Shown: piece after piece, positions 27,681 to 39,349 of the stretch
How the letters are laid out: every line of letters starts with the position of its first letter
Position numbering within the stretch: the stretch's first letter is position 1
DNA from: Cycas panzhihuaensis
Lineage: Eukaryota; Plantae; Cycadophyta
Assembly: GCA_023213395.1 (NCBI GenBank)
Contig: CM041465.1
Location: 12,710,001-12,774,000 of the forward strand
Reading direction: 5' to 3'
DNA: 64,000 nucleotides
Notes under the pieces: generated by a model
Told to the model about the DNA's origin: nothing
Database searches by the model: none
What the model saw: only the letters and a program-made list of their open reading frames with translations
Translations under genes and position numbers: made by a program

Positions 27681-29439
27681 TATGGGAGGGGGAGTGCTAG
27701 GCCATGTTGGTTCCAACAATAAGTGATCATCACTTAGGTGATCTAGATGTGAGTTATAGACCAATTATATGGAATGAATGGCTAATGAAACCCCTTGAAA
27801 AAGGGATTTATGATAAGATGAATGCAAGGGAGATCATGCTCGCACAGTCTCAATAAAATCATATAAGTGTTGACAGATAATTAGGGTATTAAGCTTTGAC
27901 CAAAAGGACAAGGGATGTCCTTATGGGACATATCCCTCTAAGTAGAAGTAATGCTAGCCATCTACCTTGCAGGGGGTTATAAGTCCTCATCATTGAAGTC
28001 AAGGTCACCATAGATTACAAGGTAGCCATAGTAACCCAAACTAATAAGAGAAAAATAGACCCTATGCAACCTAAGGAATGGGAGGTCTATTTTAAGACAG
28101 AGGTCTAGTCATTTTAAGAAAGCTACCATGGAGGGATTAGGGGTATTAGAATCACTATCCATGGAATCAAAGATGGCTTGATAAGTGGAAGAGATATTCA
28201 AGGTAGAGGAGGCTCACTATCCATAGCTTAAACTTTCCCATCATGGACAAATTTAAGTTATCCCTATAAGGAAGAATAAATAGCCCCCATTTGATCTAAC
28301 TAAGGCCACCATAAAGAGGAGGTTATAAATAACATCAATGTTTAATATAATGATGTTTATTATGATAGTTTTATCTTCCAATGTTAAGGGTAGGGTAATG
28401 GTCCTAAGGGGGGGATTTCTTACTACTACCATACCCATAACACTTCCATGGATTAAGTTTAAGGGCCCCAATGCCCAACTTCTTAATCATTCAAATGGGC
28501 ATGGTATTTATCAAAGAGTTATTATATGCCACCATTCTCTTTAGGGTAAAGTTAGGAGTCTCAATCTTGATGGAAAAATGATAGTACCAATATAATTCAT
28601 TCTATTTAGGAGATGGTAGCTCACTTGGGTTGAATAAAATGATGGGTGAGCCTTGAGACATAGTAGTGATTGTATGGATAAGGGTTTTTTTATGAACTAG
28701 GGCTTCTAAGAGTATAGCTCATTGATCATGATAACTCTGTAAGATGTCCATTATAGACATGCTTATGGACAACACATGGAGCTCATCAACAATGGGAAAA
28801 GACTTCCCCTTGCTAATGGATTGGGAAAGAGCCCTTTAAAAGTTATAATAACTAGGGTAGATGGATATGATCTTCAAAATAATGAGGATTTTAGAGAGAG
28901 AAGGATTAGTAAGTGGTTGTTGAGATGTAGAGGCTTCCCCAGCTTCTTCGGTTACTTAGGAATGAGTCACTAGGTATACTTGAGTGGTTTCCAACATGTG
29001 GATAGGCCACTTTCCCTTGGAAATATGATATTGAATAAGAGGAAACTCCTTTTAAGATGTATACCTAGTTAGACTAGTTGAATCACCTTGGGCATTACCT
29101 TTATATTAATTAAGAGATAGGCTAAGAGGGGAAGGCATTCATTAAGGCTAGGAACACCCCTTACCTCATTGGTTTTGTGGTTGAGAAGGTGGATTGGGAG
29201 CATTATGTCTAAGAAAAATATCTTATTGGATTAGTTGGTCTAGTTTTGATTTGGAACTAGTTTGAGATAGAGGATCATAGGGTGATACTAGCTTAAGATG
29301 TAAAGTCTAGTAATCATTATCATCATGGGTATAATGGCTATTAATGACACACTATATATTCTTAAAAGGTGGTCAAGACTTCTTCTCTTAAGGAGGGTTG
29401 GGCCCTCCTCTTTTTAGGTCATGGATTAGGCACCCTGAT

Positions 29440-30222
29440 CAATGGGCCTATACCCATAGGATAAAGCCTATGGTTAAGGTATAAATTAGTTCAATTATAA
29501 TTTTAAGTCTTTAATTACTTAGTTAAATGAGTAAACAATAGATATGAATGAGTCCATTATTTTGTCTATTAGATAATATGATAACAATATTTTGGAGGCT
29601 AAAATTTTGACAAGTTGGTAGTGCAGTTTCCCCCCCAAACTTCCTTGGGGGGATCCAAGGGGGGCAAGAGCCCCCCTTGGCTAGGGAGAGCAGGGGTGCC
29701 AAAACCCCCATGCAAAGAGGAGGTTTGGGGGTAATATCCCCTAACCCAAAAATCTATCACTAAAAATCATACTAAATTGTAAAGAGAATTGGGGTCGTTC
29801 ATTCAAAATACCCCAGATTTGATGGTCAATATTTGTGCCTTATATGACTCTCTTATATAGCTCGATTTAGGGTGTTTTTTCATTATGTTGATTATATTTA
29901 ATGTATTGGATATACTATGAGGATTTAAGTGGCTTGTTGTTATTGTTGTGAGCATTCCTCTATAGATTATATACATTTCTCCATTCTTTGATAATAAAGA
30001 TCGATACCTTTCTTGTGTGGATAATTCCCTAACACACTATTAGGGTTTTACCATGTTATATTAGGTGTATATGTGATGCTTTGGCTTTCTTATTCACTTA
30101 TTATATTATCTTTGGTTTAAGAACTTGCATGTTAAATTTCAATTTTAATTCCTGTAACTAGTTGTAAAATAGTTTAGATCCTGGTGGTAGTTTCTAGTTG
30201 TTGGGACCTAGTTTACTTAACA
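29440..30222 (+). mobile_element. Probable solo LTR (~780 bp)
   Basis: Interrupts the Tat gag relic; ends TTAACA; imperfect TSD ctgat/ttgat; TATA-like cttatata near 29852; left TG not preserved. Confidence 0.55.
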
Positions 30223-30915
30223 TTGATAATATTACTAATACAGGACCTAGGATCTAATCACTATAGTTTTTATTCACATAAGGGAGGCAATTTCTCATGA
30301 TCGGGGGTAGGGTAAATAGGAGGATTTGATGATCTTCTTGAGACCAACTTGGATCTTAATAGATTTAGGGGTCAAGCATTTAATTATGGCCAAATCACAT
30401 GTCATTACCCCCATCTTAAGAACTTTGGCAAGAACCTTAGGGTGAAGGGAATTTACAAAAATATCTCTCTTTAAATCCTTAGGTAGAATGGACTTAAAAG
30501 AATGGATGTTATCATGGAATTACTAGATAAAATCACAGTTGAATTTATTCAATCCTTATTTAAGGGCGAGAGGGGCATTAACTCCGCTAACAATGGTTAT
30601 GCTACATCAAAGTAGTTGACAAAAGTGTCATCTAGATATTAGAAACACAATATTTATTAGGCAAGGAGATGATAAAACCATTTATACCACTTGTTACGGA
30701 CCTTTTTCCATAACTTGAGGAGACAACTAGTTTGAAAGGATTACACATGTGCATCGAAGATAAATGATAGTCAACAAACCAAATATATTTAATTAATAAA
30801 AATGAATAATGATGTACAATATATTAGAGGCCTTCATTTATAGGTGTATAATAGGCCTTTTCAATAAAAGGTCACAACTCTTTAGAAGATTTCTTTTCCA
30901 TTAATAAATAATTGA

Positions 30916-32760
30916 TTAACCTTTAAGAGGGTTCATAACAATTCCTCCCCCTTGAGATGTTTCGCCCAAGAAACAAACTCGAATGATTGGTTGATCACTT
31001 CATTCAAGGTGGTTCATAACAAAAGGTTCTTCTTGAAATATTTCATCTTCAAAACCTGATAATGATTAGCTTGATGTCTCCTCTTACTAATAAAGGGATA
31101 TCATAATCATCTGATGTATGTCGTCGAGTCATATTTACTGGAACTTCAAATAATGAATATATATACAACAGCAAGCTTGAATAAGTTGACAAGATGGTGG
31201 GACAATTAGAATTCTTTGGTAGATGTCGATTACCAAATATTGAATTCCTATATAATTTTGCCTAAAAGACAAAGATGGTTTCCACAAAATCTTCCATTCA
31301 ATTTTGACTTTAAGTTGTTAATATATATAGTATTGTTTTGGAATGTATGGTTTAATACCACAGCTTGAAAACTTCTTAGATTTATTAGGAAATGAAATGG
31401 TTTTTGCTGACATTGGAAAATCCTTGGATACATATGATATAATTATTTGATTCATATTATTCGATTGATTAAGAAGTAAGCTTGATATTGTCGGTATTAG
31501 TAATTTTTCTTTAGATGGATCAAGAAATGTTATTAGTATTGGTTGATCCTTCTTTAATTGATCAGGTAATGTAGATATTACCACTTGTATTAGTGACCAT
31601 TTTGGTATATACTTGATACTTTTCTAAATTATTATGTTTTCTTTTGGGAACGATACTAACACTTTATCTTTGTTGGCTACTAATAAGCTATCCTTATTTT
31701 CCTATAGTATATTATTTTCTTCTTCTTGCATGCTCAAATCATGTGTTAGGATTATGATTTGATTTATAGACTCTTTTTCTTTCTATATTACATGATCTTA
31801 TATCCCAATAGATTTTAATATAGATGTGTCATCCTTATTTGTGCCATTGATAGGTTTATCCATATGTCTTTCATGATTAAATGAATTCTCTTGATACAAC
31901 TCTTGTAATTTTTTTACTTGTTCTTTTAATTTCTTGTATAATTCTAATAAGTAAGCATCATTAAGATTTACTAAAGTTAGAGAAGATTCTTTATGTTTAT
32001 CTCCACTTTCTAAATCTAAAATCTTTTCATTTCTTCCTAATTTTCCATAAGTCCTTGCTTCCATAAGTCCTTTCCTAGTCTTTGCTTTTGTTTGAAGAGG
32101 TCCATGTAAACCAGTAGAATAGTTGTATGAGTTTTGATTGTATGTTGTTAGTAGAGGTAGATTAACCTTTGCTTGAAAAAGTTCTTCTTCCCATCCACTT
32201 TTTAGGTAATTTTCTTTGCGAAGTAATGCCAAAGTTTTCAAATAGTCTTCAAGCCAATGATGGTTGACTAACTTAATTCCCATTTGTTTAGTAACCTTGT
32301 ATTTATCGCCTTCATACTTGTAACAAATGAGATGTGTTACTTCACTCATAATCAATGGCTTCATAAATTGTGTTCCCATTATCTCAACTAGTCTCATAAT
32401 GTCAGAATGATCTTTCCCTTAATATCTGGTTAAGCAAATGCATAAAGATTCACTACCTAGAATGCCCATCATATTTCTTATAGGTTTGTATAATATTTTA
32501 TCAGTATCTACAAGTAATCCACTAGCCAAACTATCTACAATCCATAAGTGTGTAACCAGTGCTTTTCCATCCATCCTAGCTATAGCACAGATAGGATTAT
32601 AATATGATAATTGGTAGACAATAACGTGAGTACAACTTGTGTCATATCATCTCATATTGAATGCCCCATTGCACACAATCTCTGTTGCATATTTGTTGTA
32701 TGCTGCAGGGTCAAATCTGACTAACACAAATCTTATTCCCTGAAATAATAGTCCTGTCAT
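30916..32760 (-). pseudogene. Intronless tandem-BRCT gene fragment (At4g02110-like N-terminus) fused to a long low-complexity tail; single frame with point-mutation stops
   Basis: MTGLLFQGIRFVLVRFDP..SCTHVIVYQLSYYNPICAIAR.DGKALVTHLWIVDS..ILYKPIRN..SLCICLTRY*GKDHSDIMRLVEIMG.QF.KPL..VTHLICYKYEGDKY..IKLVNHHWLEDYLK; BRCT pair spans ~32170-32760; family assignment is from memory of the protein. Confidence 0.88.
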
Positions 32761-33731
32761 TTTGTTGTATGGATAGGAGTTTAGACAAGAGTATGCACCT
32801 TGATAAGAATGTAAAATTGTTAATAGTGTATGCCATAAGATTAATATAGGCAATAATAGTGGTGGCAAGTTTGAGGCACACTACTAAATAGTTATTCACC
32901 TGTGATATCCAATAATCGTTGTGGTATCCTTGGTTTAATATGCAGTGACTTAGATAGATGACAAATTGTTCTTATAATTCAATGTGTGAAACTAGTATAT
33001 ATTATACTTGGTCTATTTGATTTTGATGTTGCCTTCAGTCAAGTTATCACCACTTTATCCAATTACTTAACCTCTTTTTCTTTTTTCATTAATATATATA
33101 TATATATATATTTACACCCCCTTTTTTTTTCTTTTTTCAAAAATAAACATAATACGTAGGGCCGCTTCCAATAGTATAAAGTTGAATCTTAAAATAACTT
33201 TATTTGTAATGATATTATGACAATGTTACGGAGTTGTGTGGATTAATTAAATGATTGTTGTTTATATGCTCCGTATAAGTGAATGCATATTATGAGAGTA
33301 ATTGAACTAACAACAAACAAAAGTGGATCACACAATAGACAAACGAAACTAGATCACGTAATGGATGAAGGTGTAGAAGACCACGCAAAAACAAATAGAT
33401 GGGATCAAAGGGAAAATGGAAACAGAAGGAGTGAGGGTGAATATGGAGTTGGAGAAAATGAACAATGTAAATAGAACTTCTTGAAAAAGTATACAGTATA
33501 GATAGAAAAAAGGGGAATACATCACGCATCCAGGAGGTCAACACAGAAATTGAAGCTAGTTAAAATAATAATAATAATAATTTATTTATAAAATATAGAT
33601 TCAGCTTTGACCCAGGGTAGGTGTTGCCCCCTTTCAAACAGACCATAGGAGTCTTTATGAAGAACTATTAAAAACGCTGAACTACTGAAAATGATAGAAT
33701 AGAATAATGATGAGAATGATTATTATGGCAA

Positions 33732-33732
<1 letters not shown>

Positions 33733-33767
<35 letters not shown>
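33733..33767. repeat. (TA)n microsatellite
   Basis: Uninterrupted AT dinucleotide run; a shorter run lies at ~33092-33111. Confidence 0.9.
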
Positions 33768-33770
<3 letters not shown>

Positions 33771-36700
33771 CATTTGTATTTTAATGTATTTCTTAGCTAG
33801 TATGTTTATGATAGATATAATGTATAAAAAAGGAAAATAGATGAAGATGTTAATAGGTTGTGCCCTCTATTCTTGCTGAGGATGATAAGTAATCAACCAT
33901 CTTACGAATTATAATTTGCATCAAGTCTAAATATATATGGTTATAATATGTGATGCCTACCATTAATACAACTCTATGGCTTGTGGAATACTTTGCGTAG
34001 CATCCAAAATGACTTGTAGAATAGTTAACTTAGGCACTGGCCATAAATGAATAGTATATATGGATTGAACGCAACCCTTTGATGATGCTAAGATCCCTCA
34101 TGATTTGAGCTATGGGCAATGGATGATGGCTACAATTTAAAAGTGCCACTGAGAAACAACTCAAAGAAACGTAAGTGTTTGGAGATGAAATGTAGGAATG
34201 CATTGATTGGAACTTGATAGGGATTTGTAGGTGAGATGACAGGGATGTAGATTGCCACGATATTAATTAATAGGCATAGTAGGTAATGTGATTAATGGTA
34301 GCGTGATATGTTGATGAATACTAATCTCACCATCTATAGCATATATTAATATCCATAATGTATTATGTTAGAGTAATTTTAATAGAGATATTGATATATA
34401 TATGTTATCAGGAGGTTAGATGTCACACTCAATGCTTGTCACTTTTTCTAAGCACAAAATAAAAGGCCCAGAAGAGATGCTCTGATACCACTTGTTATGA
34501 ACCCATCTCATAACTTGAAGATAATTCTAAAAAGCATAAGAGAGCACATGAGAACACTGAGGAAAGTTTGTAGTCAACAGACCAAATATATTTTATTGAT
34601 AAAATGAATGATGATGTATAATACATTAGAGGCCTTTATTTATAGGTGTATAATAGGCCCATTCAATAAAAGGTCACAACTCTTCAAAAGATGCCTTTTC
34701 CATTAATAAATAATTAATTAACCTTTAAGAGGATTCGTAACAAGATCTCAAAGATAAATTCATCAAAATATGATCATATTCCTAATAATTAACACATGCC
34801 ATGGTAAATACCCTAATGTGATATATAGGATCTTGAGATAAAGTGTCATCAAAATTAGGTACTTCAAGAGGATGAGGGGTAAGTTGGTCCTTAATGCTTT
34901 CAACCAAAGAGGACTATTCCTATATTCCACAAAGGGATATGCCCCTAATTAAACTAAAGGATCAAAAGGGTGATAGGAAGGTTGATGATAGTATCTAGCA
35001 TGAGATTGAGGTGTGAGATAAAATGATTGTCCTTATTGCTAGGGCATATAAGAAGGCATTATTTGAGGTGTACCCCTAACCTAATAGGAGGGTTCTATTC
35101 TTAGATAGGGGTTGGAAGTATAAGGAGGTGGCCTAGTATATCCCAAAGCACTACATGAAGAGTTTTGGTAAGAGGGCTTTACTTAGACCATCACACCTTA
35201 TGGGTGGGTGGTGATATGAGTAGGTATAGGTAGTGTCATGAATGGGCCCTGATAAGAGTAGGTCATTAAAATTGGTTGGGATGTAGTAAGGGGTTTTGCC
35301 TAAATAGTCCCCCAATTGGAGGGGCAACTTCATAGGAGTGGAGAGAATCTATCCCATATGCAAGTAAAGGAAGAGACCCACCATGCCCCCACTATTGGGT
35401 CATGTATCTTGGTGGGAGGTATAAGGTATGGTCAGCATGGTATAAGCGATGGTGAGACATATGGCCTTCACTAGGTCCCACGTAGTAGGGATGAGGTAGA
35501 ACAAAGGGGATAGATGGATAGACCTAAGGCATGTTTAGTCATGGAATAGCCACTTTTAGTGTAGAGATAAGTGGGATAGGTTGTGGAATTTAGTAGATAG
35601 GTTGAGAAGTGGTTTGAGATAACTTAACCCCTATGCCATATGAGAGATCAATGGGGGAAGAAGTGATGATTATGACTTCAATAGGCAGGACCATAAATTG
35701 AGCCATTGTCTAGGGTATAAAGTGTGGCTATATGGATTGAGTTATGGGAGAGATAGTTGTAGACAAGGCTAGGGAATTGAAAAGTAAGAAGTATGCCTAA
35801 GTAAGGGTGGATTCCCCTATTACTACCTTAATATAGGCTCTTAAGGTTGTGATAGTATCCTATGAAGAGATATGAGTCTAATCAAAGATAGAGATGTATT
35901 TATAATAATGACCCTAATTAAATGACAATGGGTGAATAGATAATTCAAGAACTTGGGTGGGATCCTAAAGAGGGATGTCTCTTAGGACATGGGCATGATA
36001 CCTAAAGGAGTTTTGATAAAACCCATCAGCCTTATAGGTCTAAAACAAGTGGTCTACACCCTCCTAAAAAGGTTGGTTAAATGGAAATAAAATAAGTAGT
36101 TAGGGACAATCATGGGAATAAGGTTAGTATAGGTCTTAGGACTAATCAAATGAGAATAGTCAACCATAGGTGACTCTTGGTCACTTCTAAGAATGGGTGA
36201 GTATTAAAAATTGAGAATAGATGGTGGGAGGCCTCGTAGGCAATGATAAAATTGTCATATATAAGGAGTAACAAATGTCATATGAATGGAGTAAGGGTGT
36301 GAGTATTGAAAATCATCACATGCATTAAATCAAACAAATACCCTAAACTTAAAGGGCAAAGATAAAAGAGAGGATGGGATAAGGACTTAGCAATGTTAAG
36401 CTGACTACCAACTAGATCATCCCTAATATGATTACGAATGGATGTGAGCCATGGAGAGGATAAACATATAACACAAATAAATAATAAAACCCTATGACAT
36501 TGTAAGGTCATGTAAGGTGGGGTGCAATTAAATACCCATCATAGGGTGCTTGTGTGACTCTTAGGTACAAGTGTGAGACTTAGAACATGCTTTTTTATGG
36601 CTAGTTAGTAGCTAAAAGGGAAACATAAGTTTGTGCTTATAGCTTGACCTAGATCAAAAGGGGGTATTAGCCTATGGTAGACTAATTACAAGTTAGACTC

Positions 36701-37705
36701 ATAATGTGACCATATACTTTTATAATTGCATTGATACAACAAATAGTCCTAACTAGCATGCATATTCTAGCCTTATAAGTTTGAGGACTCACAATAATGT
36801 GATTCTCTCTTTAGCCTAGGCCTTGATATAAGTAATCAGTCCTATTTTATATGTGATGCAATCTAATGAAACATGTGATAGAAAGAAGGAAATGCTCCTT
36901 TTCCTTTTGAATTTTTATTTTTCTTTTTTATTTATTTATTTTTTGTTTGAGGAGAAAACTATGTTTTATAAGATAAGGAAGGCAAAAGAATGAAAAAGAT
37001 GCCGCCTAAACATTCAAGAAGTAAACAACCCTATTCCTTCTTTATTTCTATCCCTTTTTCTATTTTCCTTTTTCTTTTTAATAAAGGGAAAGAGAAAAAC
37101 AAATATGAAAAAGGAACGTACTCTTTTTTCTTTTTCTTGTGCAGGAAAAGGGAAACTAGAACAAAAGAAAATATACTTTCCCATTTTTTTTTTTCTTTAG
37201 GGAAAGAGAAAGTGAAAGGGGGTACCTAGAACAATGCTTGGTTTATCATGCAATGTCTTTATGACCCCCTTTTTCTTTTTGATTTGCTAAAGGAGTGCCC
37301 AAACATGGTTAGGTAAATATGACATTTATATCCTAAAATTCTACAAAAATCTAATAGCATTTCTACTTGTCAGATCATAATATGATGATAAAATATTTCT
37401 TAATCAAATCTTAAAATATAGAGAAGATCTTAAGAAATAAAAATTAGGCTTACTTTATATCTTTGAGATCTTTTAGTGAAAATCTAATAGCATTTCAACT
37501 ATGCAATAGGCACTCTATCAAATGAGGGTGAAGCACTTAGATGATAAGAATAAGAAGAAGGGTTTAGAATCACTCTTGAGTCTTTTAAAACCTATAACAA
37601 CATAGATAGACTCCACCTATAAGAACAAATGAATAGCAATCACTAAAAGGACACCACAACTATGGAAATATATGCTTAAGAGTGCTAAAAAGTGACTATC
37701 TAAAG

Positions 37706-38029
37706 TGTTGGAGCACATGACGCTAACTATCATGAGGAAGTCCTCTTCCCAAATCACCCTGGGGCTTTTGGTGTAATGGCAACCTATGACAAGCGGTATC
37801 AGAGTGATCGGGGTTCAAAATCGGTCTTGTGCACCATGGTAACGCACCCGGAGATATGTGAAGGTGTTGGAGGTGGGATTGAGGAATGTTATAGTGGACA
37901 TGCATTATTATGTAGGTATAGCTGACTCCTTGTGACAAGGGAGTGTTGGAGTATGTGACATTAACTATCATGAGGAAGTCCTCTACCCAAATCACCCTAG
38001 GGCTTTTGGCGTAATGGCAACCTGTGACA
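37706..38029 (+). mobile_element. TRIM (terminal-repeat retrotransposon in miniature), 324 bp
   Basis: 86-bp LTRs 37706-37791 and 37944-38029; PBS cggtatcagagt 37794-37805; PPT aagggag; TSD taaag/caaag; empty site tatc-caaag-cacata at 3821-3835 in copy A. Confidence 0.95.
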
Positions 38030-38140
38030 CAAAGCACATAATCTAATAGCTTAGTGGGGGAGGATATATAATCCTAAAAAGTGGATCTTATGCCTTTGAA
38101 TATTAAGACTAAGCAAGTAATACTTGTGATTTCACCTTGC

Positions 38141-38505
38141 AAAGTACATCAATCAATGGATAACAAACAACCAAGAGGAGATGCAAAATAAAGACAAAGC
38201 TAAAATGAATTAAGGAGATCAATACTCAACTCATTTAAAATGAAAGCAATAAATAACTAGAGAATTAACTTACCAATGGAGTATGGGGTGAGGATTACCT
38301 ATTTCTAAATAATGAGGATGAGGAAGGTAAATCAATTGATGGATAACAAATAAGCAAAAGGAGATGCAAAATAAAGACAAGGCTAAAATGAAATGAGAAG
38401 AGTAGTATTCAACTCATTTGAAGTGAAAGAAATAAACAACTGGGAATTTAACTTACTAGTGGAGTATGGGTTAAGGATTACCTCCTTCCAAATGATGTGG
38501 ATGAG
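38141..38505 (+). repeat. ~183-bp tandem duplication
   Basis: Units start at ~38141 and ~38324; single copy at ~3941-4125 in copy A. Confidence 0.85.
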
Positions 38506-39349
38506 GCTAATGACTTGAATTTACCAACTAAATGATGCTCCAACACAACTAGGAAGGTGCTCTCCAAGCTAAGAACCAATGCAAATAGTAGATCAAGTCA
38601 AACTCTAAATTTTAGTAGAAATTTGGTAGCATAATGGTAGCACCTTCATGAAAACACTTGAACTCCTCTTCTAATGAAAATATTAGAGGTTAAATAGATG
38701 AAGGTGAGGGGTGGGATAGCTAGTTATTAACCCATGGTGTATATGAAAATAATAGATCCAAATCCATATGTCTTATCCATGGATTTCTCTAAAAAACCAT
38801 ATGGAATCTAAGATTTCTGATATCATAAGGCTCCTTGAGGTTGAAAAAATTAATATTTGAAGATCTAGAGCTAACAAATGCCACCCTAGGACTCTACAAG
38901 TACAATAAATACACTATTTATCACCCTCAAGACTATTTTTTGGTAGGTCACCATTGTACCATGAAGTCTTTAATAGTATCACAAATGATATTGTGGTATT
39001 ATGAAGAACTTCATGGTACCAATTTTCTCTTTGAAAATAATAGTTTACTACCTAAAAAATATAACAAATAGATAATAATCAATGTAGTGAGTAGAAACAA
39101 CCATAGGATGGACTAAGAAAAGGTAAATAATAAGAAATAAGGAAAAAATGAAGACAAAATTAGGGGAGTAGTAGAAAAATGAGATGAATAACAAAGTAAA
39201 ATAGATCAATATAGTCTTGCAAGGGTGCTAAACAATATTTCCAAACTTGCCAAGATGAATGGAAAGGATAAATGGCCATCAACTGAGGTCAAAATCATCA
39301 TTATCTAAGAAAATAGTATGGCCCATTAAGGCAATAAGAAAATAAGACA

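Larger units (their letters stand above)
30692..34742 (-). mobile_element. Non-autonomous LTR element carrying a captured BRCT-domain gene
   Basis: 5' LTR 34493-34742; PBS 34479-34490; PPT ~30943-30953; 3' LTR 30692-30940; no retroelement enzymes inside. Confidence 0.92.
26990..39300 (-). mobile_element. Degenerate Tat-like gypsy relic (leader-gag-protease, ending near the RT start) hosting four younger insertions
   Basis: 28280-28440 minus ITLPLTLEDK..IDVIYNLL..LDQMGA matches protease 58106-58513; 34743-34950 and 30655-30682 minus match gag 56620-56870; boundaries approximate. Confidence 0.75.

Noticed and set aside
31798-32397. 199-aa BRCT ORF as a functional host gene
   Set aside because: It lies between LTRs, lacks introns, and the upstream BRCT has two in-frame stops; treated as captured cargo
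37706-38029. Cassandra TRIM
   Set aside because: LTRs are only 86 bp with no recognisable 5S rRNA-derived segment
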